Shown one piece after another: positions 33,327-41,008 of a DNA stretch of 44,810 nucleotides. Every line of letters begins with the position of its first letter. Positions within the stretch are counted from its first letter, which is position 1. Where the stretch lies: NCBI GenBank assembly GCA_013425375.1, contig JACCLH010000009.1:1-44810 (forward strand), given 5' to 3'. A program made the position numbers and the translations under genes. The stretch comes from Candidatus Micrarchaeota archaeon. GTDB lineage: Archaea > Micrarchaeota > Micrarchaeia > Anstonellales > Bilamarchaeaceae. The notes under the pieces were generated by a model that was given only the letters and a program-made list of their open reading frames with translations, searched no databases and had not been told where the DNA came from.

Positions 33327-34475
33327 TCACTCGTAAGTCCTTTCCCACATCTCAGTCGCGAGTTTCCCGTTCCTGGTGTAACGCTCGACCAGCTTCTCAG
33401 CTTTCTTCCTTTTTTCCCGGTGCTCTTTCAAAAATGCGTTAATGCACTCGATCAAAATTGCCTTCAACTCGCCCGTGAGAAGCTTGCCAGAACGGTAATC
33501 GTCGTGTATTTTTTTGAGTTTCGAGTCATCTGGCTCGAAAAGTATGTTCAGCCATTGGTACGGGACATCCACATCAGGGTTGCCGCCCAACTTCCTGTGC
33601 TCCTCCACGGTCGCCTGGCCGCCCGAGAAAGCATACTTGCTTATCTTGTTCTTCACCATCTTCTCGTCATCGTTCAATAATATAGCAGTTTCCTGGCCCC
33701 CGCTTGAGCTCATCTTGCCTGTGATACCCTGCAGCGGCGGTAGGAATCTGCTGTGAATAGCTGATGTCTTGTAGTAGCCGAGAGTCTCCGCGACGTCCCT
33801 CTGTATGCGCCAGAATGGGTCCTGGTCTATGGCGCAGGGGATGAGGCAGCGCTTTTTCTCGAAAAACGTTGGTATGACCTGGTATGCTGGATAGAACTGC
33901 ATTCCGATATTGGTCGAATCGTCGAATCCGAAGACTGCCTTGGCCGTGGAGCCTGTTATCTTCCGTGCTGTCTTCATGAGGAGCGGATAGACATTCCTCA
34001 CATATACGCTGTCCTTGAAGATGAATGTGCGCTCAGGGTCGAATCCCACAGCAGCGATGTCCAGGATATTATCATCCGCATTCTTCTGTATCTCGGCCCA
34101 TTCATACTCGCGCTTATTGAGGAATTTCTCGTCATCGGTTACTTCGATATACAGGTTGGTTTTGAAAACGTCTTGGAGCCATTTGGTGAATATCAGGGGC
34201 ACCAGATGCCCGATGTGCATGGCCTTGCTCGGCCCGCGTCCTGTATAAAGGAAGAATCCCTTACCCTTCTCATAATCATCCAGAACAAGGTTGAGGTCCC
34301 GATGGGAGAAGAAGAAATCCCTTTTCAGCATGTGATGCGGCTCGTCGCCTCCGCACAGCCTTACCATCCTCTCCCTCAAGGCACCGTCTATCTTGGTCGT
34401 GCCGAACTGCCTGATGAGCTTGTCGTAATCCACCCGTCCTGAGACCTCCCAGGGTGTGACCTTGAATTCTTCCAT
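33327..34475 (-). CDS. trpS: Tryptophanyl-tRNA synthetase (archaeal/eukaryotic type)
   Basis: VTPWEV, YTGRGPS..MHIGH, PCAIDQDPF, KMSSS, AFSGGQ. Confidence 0.97.
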   Translation of the reverse strand: MEEFKVTPWEVSGRVDYDKLIRQFGTTKIDGALRERMVRLCGGDEPHHMLKRDFFFSHRDLNLVLDDYEKGKGFFLYTGRGPSKAMHIGHLVPLIFTKWLQDVFKTNLYIEVTDDEKFLNKREYEWAEIQKNADDNILDIAAVGFDPERTFIFKDSVYVRNVYPLLMKTARKITGSTAKAVFGFDDSTNIGMQFYPAYQVIPTFFEKKRCLIPCAIDQDPFWRIQRDVAETLGYYKTSAIHSRFLPPLQGITGKMSSSGGQETAILLNDDEKMVKNKISKYAFSGGQATVEEHRKLGGNPDVDVPYQWLNILFEPDDSKLKKIHDDYRSGKLLTGELKAILIECINAFLKEHREKRKKAEKLVERYTRNGKLATEMWERTYE

Positions 34476-34523
34476 AATTGTTAAACTGCGCTAAGGGATA
34501 AAATACTGCCTCTCCGGAGCGCG

Positions 34524-34952
34524 TTACAATAATGCAAGCCCAATGATGAAAGATACGGCATTGCAGATGAAGCTCGCAATCAGCGCTTTCTCGATCGTCA
34601 TGCCTTTGAAAGCCAGCTTATAGAAACCCGCTTCCACGAGCACCGCGAATCCCTCGGCCATCGCGGTCTTGATTGTCCACGGCAGTCCCAACCCACCAAA
34701 AACAAACCACACGAAAGGAAGCGTCAGCGAGCTCGCTATCAAGGCATTACGTGCGATAGTCATCGTTCCGTATTCTTTCCGCAGAATAAGGAACAGCACT
34801 ATGGCTTCTATGGCGATTGTGAGGATTAATGCCACCACGAAATCGACAAAGGGGTCCGCTGCGCAAACACCAGGCGGGCAAGGAATATCAGCATAAGCCA
34901 TGGGCAGAATCAGCAGAACCATGACCAGTATCGCACCTATGCAAGGTCTCAT
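34524..34952 (-). CDS. Hypothetical membrane protein (signal peptide plus 4 TM)
   Basis: Signal-like N-terminus; LTIAIE, SLTLPFVW, AE.FAVLVEA, NAVSF helices. Confidence 0.7.
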   Translation of the reverse strand: MRPCIGAILVMVLLILPMAYADIPCPPGVCAADPFVDFVVALILTIAIEAIVLFLILRKEYGTMTIARNALIASSLTLPFVWFVFGGLGLPWTIKTAMAEGFAVLVEAGFYKLAFKGMTIEKALIASFICNAVSFIIGLALL

Positions 34953-35021
34953 GGCAGATACTCAGCTCAAAAAATTAAGTGGATTGCGGTTTGTTGCGGT
35001 TCCGCCCGAATGCGTATGGCA

Positions 35022-35519
35022 TCATTTCCGTGACAGGAAGAGCGCCGCTCCGAGAAGCGCAGGAAGGATGGCTGCAGGCAAACAACCCCCAGAGCCGCTC
35101 GAGCCGCTTTGCGCCAATATCGTTCCTGTCCCAGCGTCTATCGTTATGTCATATTTGTCATAACTCGCAGCGAACGCTACATCTCCAGTCCTCACTGTCT
35201 TGCCATCAATCTCATAAGAGAAATGGCCTTCAGGGAAGCTGAAGCAGGTGTTGAACTTGTAATACCACTGCTGGTCGTTGGTGCAGACGCCGTTGTTGCA
35301 GGAAAAGTTCACCGGGTAAGGGTCGATGGCGTTTTCCTGGTACGTCTCATTCGTTCCCATGCAATGATAGGTTATCTCTGTAACCGTTGAAACCGGCTGT
35401 CCGTCCTTCACAAGATGGACAACGACCTTCGGCGCAGTCGGAGACGGACCGACATCAGCATAACACAGCGGCAGAACCAGAAGGACCATTATCATTATCA
35501 CACGGATGATGGGTTTCAT
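35022..35519 (-). CDS. Secreted protein with C-terminal membrane anchor
   Basis: SD GGAGGTG before MKPII; signal peptide; 4 Cys in the mature domain; Gly/Ser linker then CLPAAILPALLGAALFLSRK*. Confidence 0.75.
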   Translation of the reverse strand: MKPIIRVIMIMVLLVLPLCYADVGPSPTAPKVVVHLVKDGQPVSTVTEITYHCMGTNETYQENAIDPYPVNFSCNNGVCTNDQQWYYKFNTCFSFPEGHFSYEIDGKTVRTGDVAFAASYDKYDITIDAGTGTILAQSGSSGSGGCLPAAILPALLGAALFLSRK

Positions 35520-35543
35520 GGGTAATACACCTCCCGATATCAA

Positions 35544-37517
35544 TTAAAGGTAGCTGCTAATGTCGTTCCTTTTCATCACCAGGTAGGTCATCAGCGCAGC
35601 CAGAAGCACGAAATAGGACAGCAGCGCCATCATATCCACGGTCGGGTCTCCGTTCGTTATCAGCACGACCTTGAATATGCTCGTCACATGGGCCAATGGA
35701 AGCAACTGCTGGAGTATCTGGGTATACGCAGGCAGCAGGTCAGGCGAGAAGATTATATTCCCCAGGAAAAGCATCGGTATCGCAAGGATGAGGCAGCTCT
35801 GTATGGCCATGGATTCACTTTTCGCGAAGAAGCCCACGAGGACCCCTATGGAGGAGAGCACAAGTGACGATACAGCTGCCCCAGCCAGGAGCATCGCAAT
35901 GTCCCCGGGCGGTCTCACCCCGAAAAGCACCAGCGCCACCAGCAATATCACAGCTATCTGTCCGAAGGAAAGCAGCACAAGAGTTACCACCTTACCTATC
36001 ACAAGGTTGACCATGCCGCCAGGCACCATAAGCGCCCTCATTATCGTCTTTCTCTGCTTCTCCCTGACCAGGCTTATGGAGCCCAGGAGGAAGCAAGAGA
36101 ACAGCAGCGATATCGCTATTATCTGCGGCATGATGAAATCCACATAACTTATCCTCTCGTATTGGTTCTCCACCTTCACCGAGAGCGGAGAGGCGATTAT
36201 TCCAGGGTCCTTACCAGTCTGCTCAGCGACAGTCTGTTGGAGCGAAGCTATCAGCCTGTCCACAGAAGCTGTCTGCTCCAGTGCCCCGTCCAGGGTGCCT
36301 TCTATATCCGACATGGTCGCGCTGACGCTGGTCATAAGGCCTTTCAGGTTGACTATCTGCGCCTGCGCGCCGCTGAAGGAGGCATTAAGGTCATGAAGGC
36401 TCTCTGAAGCCTCATCAAGGGCCGCTTCCATGGCTGCACTATCGTTCGCCATGGTCTGCGCCTCATCTATACGTACCGAGTACTCAGATAGCTGCTGGGA
36501 GAACGACTGCAGGGTGGCATTGAGCGTCTCCAGCTCCGCAATCTGCTGTCCGGTCGCATTCAACTGGCTTTCTGCCCTGCCCCTCAATGAGGTCAATGCA
36601 GCGATGTTGAGCCCCAGGGCGACCTTGACCGTGTTATCGGTAGTCGTATCCCTTATCGTCTGGAGGGCGAGTATGGAAGCGTCAAGCTCATCTATAGTGT
36701 TCTCCAGTTCATTTTCCTGCTCTGTCAGGTTGCCATGGGCATTCCCGACAGCTACTATAGATTCATCGAGTGCGATACTTGCGTTCTGGACAAAGTTGCT
36801 GCTTTCCACAAGCAGCGCAAGGTTCCTTTCGCTTGCGTTCGCAAGCGCAGACTTCTGGGTGCCGAGCGCTCCCTGCAGCCTCACGGATTCTGCAGCCGCC
36901 TGCGCCATGGACGCCTCCAAAGAGCCGATATCAGTCCCTGCCATGTCCTGCTTTATGGCAGCCAGGCTCTCCTTTGTATCCTCCATCTCAGCTCTGGTGG
37001 CCTCTATATCCGCAGCCAGCGAAGCCGCTGATTGGTTGAGCGCGTACAGCTCTTCCCAGGCTGTTGATATGTACGCCTGTGTGATATTGGTGGAGGATGC
37101 CTCTATGACAGAAGACATGGCGGCTATGACCGCCTGCTCAAGGGCAAGGTCGGAGTTGTCCACCCTGACTGTTATCTGCGCCCCACCACCGCTCAAAAGT
37201 GACTGGTCGAAATCATCAGGCACAGATATAACAGCCCTGAGCCTGCCGTTCCTGAATTCCTCCATGGCCGCTGCCTCTGTGTCAAAAGCCCTAAGCTTGA
37301 ATGCCTGGGACTCTCCAAGGCCGCTGAAGAGCATGGATGCGAATGTAGTATTAGTCGCCCCTGCTATGCCTATGGGCAGGCCGTTTATCTCCATGGAGCG
37401 GAACGAGCTCCCCATGAAGACCATGACGAAAACAGGGAAAACGAACAGCACAAGGAGCACTGTGCGGTCGTGGGAAAGCTCAAGTATCTCCTTCTTTATG
37501 GATGAGAGGATCTTCAT
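35544..37517 (-). CDS. ABC-2 type permease with long extracytoplasmic coiled coil (YhgE/Pip-like)
   Basis: N-terminal KKE...DR + TM, roughly 300 aa heptad-rich region, C-terminal ABC-2 membrane domain (SLVREKQ..T...L; LPLAH). Confidence 0.85.
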   Translation of the reverse strand: MKILSSIKKEILELSHDRTVLLVLFVFPVFVMVFMGSSFRSMEINGLPIGIAGATNTTFASMLFSGLGESQAFKLRAFDTEAAAMEEFRNGRLRAVISVPDDFDQSLLSGGGAQITVRVDNSDLALEQAVIAAMSSVIEASSTNITQAYISTAWEELYALNQSAASLAADIEATRAEMEDTKESLAAIKQDMAGTDIGSLEASMAQAAAESVRLQGALGTQKSALANASERNLALLVESSNFVQNASIALDESIVAVGNAHGNLTEQENELENTIDELDASILALQTIRDTTTDNTVKVALGLNIAALTSLRGRAESQLNATGQQIAELETLNATLQSFSQQLSEYSVRIDEAQTMANDSAAMEAALDEASESLHDLNASFSGAQAQIVNLKGLMTSVSATMSDIEGTLDGALEQTASVDRLIASLQQTVAEQTGKDPGIIASPLSVKVENQYERISYVDFIMPQIIAISLLFSCFLLGSISLVREKQRKTIMRALMVPGGMVNLVIGKVVTLVLLSFGQIAVILLVALVLFGVRPPGDIAMLLAGAAVSSLVLSSIGVLVGFFAKSESMAIQSCLILAIPMLFLGNIIFSPDLLPAYTQILQQLLPLAHVTSIFKVVLITNGDPTVDMMALLSYFVLLAALMTYLVMKRNDISSYL

Positions 37518-38246
37518 TCATACCACCGGTTTCATCAGATGCGCGAAGACATCCTCCATCTGCTTGAGCTTGTAACGCTCCTTCAGCTCCTTTGGCGTGC
37601 CGCTCGCGACTATGCGGCCTGAGAACATGATGGCCACCCTGTTGCACAGCCGTTCCACTTCCTCCATGTAATGCGATGTTATGATTATCGTCTTGCCTGA
37701 TTTGTTGAGCTCTTCTATGACCACCCATATCTCCTTCCTGACGATAGGATCCAGGCCCACTGTGGGTTCATCCAGGAAAACTATCTTCGGGTCATGGACC
37801 AGCGAGCAGGCCATGTTCAGCCTTTTCTTCATACCTCCGGAAAGCTTGGAAGACAGGGCGTCTGCCTTGTCTGTCAGCCTCATCTGGCCGAGCAGCGTTT
37901 TGACTATGGCCGCGGTCTCTTTGCCTGGCACCCCTGCCTGGGATGCGAAGAACTCAAGGTTCTCCTTCACGGTCAGCGTTTCATAGAACGAGTTCTCCTG
38001 GGTGATGAATCCTATCTCTGGTTTTGAGCGCCTCATCTCCTTATCGCTCTTCCCAAGTATGGTCACAGAACCAGAAGAAGGCGGAAGCAGGCCAGACAGC
38101 ATGTTGAACGTGGTGGTCTTGCCAGAACCATTGGCACCGAGCAGCCCGAATATCTCACCTTGTTCCACTGTGAATGATATCCGGTCCACGATTATCTTCT
38201 CGCCCACCACTTTAGCGAGTTCGCTGACAACCACTGCGTCTCCCAT
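37518..38246 (-). CDS. ABC transporter ATP-binding protein
   Basis: GANGSGKTT, LSGGMKKR, FLDEPTVGLDP, TSHYMEE. Confidence 0.96.
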   Translation of the reverse strand: MGDAVVVSELAKVVGEKIIVDRISFTVEQGEIFGLLGANGSGKTTTFNMLSGLLPPSSGSVTILGKSDKEMRRSKPEIGFITQENSFYETLTVKENLEFFASQAGVPGKETAAIVKTLLGQMRLTDKADALSSKLSGGMKKRLNMACSLVHDPKIVFLDEPTVGLDPIVRKEIWVVIEELNKSGKTIIITSHYMEEVERLCNRVAIMFSGRIVASGTPKELKERYKLKQMEDVFAHLMKPVV

Positions 38247-38314
38247 ATGGAATCAACGACAGTTGCCGATATAAATCTTTCCTGCGCAAGAATGATACAG
38301 GTGGGAGAATACAG

Positions 38315-39229
38315 GTGGAAAAACCGCACGTTGATTTCAAGTATGCTGAGGACAGCATAAGGAAAGGCTCCAAGACCTTCCACTTCGCGTGCCAAGCCAT
38401 GAGCAGGGAGCGCCGCAACGCGGTCTATGCCATTTACGCATTCTGCAGGCACACCGACAACCTCATAGACGACAATGACGGCAAGCCAGCTCTCCAGCAC
38501 ATGCTCATAAAAGACTGGAAGACGAGGTTCCTGGAGGCCTACAAGAGAGGGTTCTCCACAGACCCCATACTCAGCCCGTTCATCCACATCCTGAAGAAGT
38601 ACAACATCCCGCTCCGCTACCCGCTGGACCTCATCAAAGGCGTCAGCATGGACATCGGCAAGAAGGAGTACGCCACATTCCGTGACCTCAGGCGCTACTG
38701 CTACCGGGTCGCATCAGTGGTCGGCCTCATGCTGATACATGTCCTTGGCCTGGACAGCAATATCAAGAAGGCCAGCAGGTACGCCATAAAGCTCGGCATA
38801 GCCATGCAGCTCACCAACATCCTCCGCGACGTTGGAGAGGATGCGCGGATGGGCCGGGTGTACTTTCCGAAGGACGAGCTCGCCAGGTTCGGGCTTTCCA
38901 TATCAGACATACTGTCCTTCCGCCACAGCGCAGGCCTCATAGACTTCCTGAAGTTCCAGGTGGAGCGCGCAAGGCGCTACTACGAGGAAGCGCTGAACGG
39001 TTTCGCGGCCATGCGCAAAGAAGCCGGGGTCGTCATCGTCCTTGCGCTTACCCTGTACCGCGAGATACTCGCAGTGATAGAGGAGAACCAGTACGAGGTC
39101 TATACGAAACGCGCGTGCGTCAACTTCTTCCGCAAGGTCGTAATCTACTTCAAGATAATCCTGTTCGGCTATCCGCAGCCCCAGCTGCATCTATCTTATC
39201 TTTCCGCAGCACCTATTCCCTCAGTTTGA
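38315..39229 (+). CDS. crtB: Phytoene/squalene synthase family protein
   Basis: SKTF, YAFCRHTDNLIDD, YCYRVASVVG, LGIAMQLTNILRDVGEDARMGRVYFP. Confidence 0.9.
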   Translation: MEKPHVDFKYAEDSIRKGSKTFHFACQAMSRERRNAVYAIYAFCRHTDNLIDDNDGKPALQHMLIKDWKTRFLEAYKRGFSTDPILSPFIHILKKYNIPLRYPLDLIKGVSMDIGKKEYATFRDLRRYCYRVASVVGLMLIHVLGLDSNIKKASRYAIKLGIAMQLTNILRDVGEDARMGRVYFPKDELARFGLSISDILSFRHSAGLIDFLKFQVERARRYYEEALNGFAAMRKEAGVVIVLALTLYREILAVIEENQYEVYTKRACVNFFRKVVIYFKIILFGYPQPQLHLSYLSAAPIPSV

Positions 39230-40244
39230 ACTTCAGCAATGCGGCTATCTTCCCGAATCCTTTCAGTTTCGCGCCTGCATCGCCTTCTGAGGAGAAGATG
39301 ACTATCTCAGCCTTATTAGTATCAGCCATATCAACGACAGCTTCTGCTTCCTTGTCCTTGCGCAGGTATTCGTCCAGCACAAGGATTTTCTTCACAGCGT
39401 ATGCCTCAGCCGCCTTCCTAACTTCAACAAGGCCGTAGACTGCCCTTCCAGTGTCCTTGTACACTTCTGTGAGCAGCTCCTCCATCAGCTTCATCTCTGT
39501 CTCGAACCGCTCCTCGCCCATTATCTTCTCTATGATGCCCTTGTTGAACAGCTCGTTCACTCCGCTCCGTTCGGCATAGCTCACATTCTCGAAAACAATC
39601 CTTTTCAGCAGTTCCGGCTTCCTTTTGGTTATGAACGCCTTGAGGTTGTCCTTGGCGAACCCGGGCCCGGCCACGATGAACTTCTCAGGCTGCCTGTCTA
39701 TCTCTGCCATTATCTTGCCGAAATACTCCATCTCGGCCTTCTCGTAGTCGTCGCCTTTCTTGCTACCTGAACTATAGAACTCTGCCCCGTAATCCACCCC
39801 ATAAGCCCTCAACATCGCGTTCAGGGCCTTCTCCTCGTCCATCACGATTATCCTTATCTTCGGCCTCTTGGACTCCTTCTCGGCTTCCTGGAGCCTCTTT
39901 ATCTCATGGTTCTTCCATATTTTCGTGATCTTGAGCCTGTCTCCTGTCCCTACATCTATCGTGTGGTGCCTTCCCATCTGGACATATTCCTCTGGTTCTC
40001 CCCAGACTATAGGCCCCAATATCCTCAGCCTGTTGGCAGACTTGGCGAACTCCACCCGTTCTGTCTTCACCCTTATGATGACAGGCTTCTTCTCCTCTTT
40101 CGTCCCGACCTTGTAGGTGCGCATGGTGTGCGCTTCCACCTCATCGCCCGGCCCGATTATCTTGTCCAGGTGCCACATATCATCCAGTGTGTCTATCTGC
40201 AATTTCATCTCGCCGGTCTTCCTGTCTAGGTGGACAATCCTCAT
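39213..40244 (-). CDS. pelA: Pelota (Dom34) ribosome rescue factor
   Basis: LDDMWHL, RLRILG, GRHHT, IVAGPGFAK, AVYG, LKGFGKIAALLKF. Confidence 0.95.
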   Translation of the reverse strand: MRIVHLDRKTGEMKLQIDTLDDMWHLDKIIGPGDEVEAHTMRTYKVGTKEEKKPVIIRVKTERVEFAKSANRLRILGPIVWGEPEEYVQMGRHHTIDVGTGDRLKITKIWKNHEIKRLQEAEKESKRPKIRIIVMDEEKALNAMLRAYGVDYGAEFYSSGSKKGDDYEKAEMEYFGKIMAEIDRQPEKFIVAGPGFAKDNLKAFITKRKPELLKRIVFENVSYAERSGVNELFNKGIIEKIMGEERFETEMKLMEELLTEVYKDTGRAVYGLVEVRKAAEAYAVKKILVLDEYLRKDKEAEAVVDMADTNKAEIVIFSSEGDAGAKLKGFGKIAALLKFKLRE

Positions 40245-40248
40245 CTAT

Positions 40249-40794
40249 TCATCCCTGGCTACTATTCTCGTATGCTTTTATTATCCCTTCAAGGGTTTTG
40301 TTGATGTTGAACCTGTCGGTTAATATGGTGTCGTTTACCAGCGCCTGCGGCACGAACATCTGCTGATTGGAGAGGTTGTGCTGCGCTGCGAAATCCCGAT
40401 AAGCCTCGCCTCCGCTCGCGTTCGCCAGGTCATACTCCAACCACAGCACTTCCGGATAATCCGCCTCGAGACTGTCTATCTCAGGTCTCAGGACCTTGCA
40501 TGCTGAACAGCCTGAGGAATGGAAATAATAGACGATTAGCCGGCCATCCGGTGTTGTCACGTTAGAGAAATTGAATTCGACATCCACGACTTCAGGAAAA
40601 GTTGTATTGGTGTTCATCACATCAGAGACATTCCGCTCGAAATAAAGGCCGCTGGTGTTGACGTAGGGCCATTCATCGATAGCGCTTCCACTACCCGAAC
40701 CCGTGGTATCCGCAATTGTTTGGGTTGTGTTTGTTTCCTGCGCCAGGCATCCGAAGGCGAGCAGCAGAACCACAGCGATGGCTAATATCCTCAT
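40249..40794 (-). CDS. Exported thioredoxin-like (CxxC) protein, probable lipoprotein
   Basis: MRILAIAVVLLLAFGC lipobox-like N-terminus; YFHSSGCSAC; cis-Pro loop FVP. Confidence 0.8.
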   Translation of the reverse strand: MRILAIAVVLLLAFGCLAQETNTTQTIADTTGSGSGSAIDEWPYVNTSGLYFERNVSDVMNTNTTFPEVVDVEFNFSNVTTPDGRLIVYYFHSSGCSACKVLRPEIDSLEADYPEVLWLEYDLANASGGEAYRDFAAQHNLSNQQMFVPQALVNDTILTDRFNINKTLEGIIKAYENSSQG

Positions 40795-40924
40795 GCAGAA
40801 ATATGGGTGCGGAACGGTTTATAGCCTAATTCCACTGGTCTGTGACCGGCAGTCCCGAGCGCCAGTTAACTATTTATATCATGTCTATGCGCTCAGACCA
40901 ATGGCATGTGGCAATCCACATCCG

Positions 40925-40975
40925 ATTTATGTTTTTATGTAGATAAACGGCGTACTATCTACTAAAAACATAAAT
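40925..40975. repeat. Long AT-rich inverted repeat in divergent intergenic region
   Basis: ATTTATGTTTTTA-T-GTAGATA [10-nt spacer] TATCTAC-TAAAAACATAAAT: 20 bp paired with a single bulge. Confidence 0.8.
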
Positions 40976-41008
40976 AAGTCCCCGAAAGATATCGTTTGGG
41001 GGGATGTC

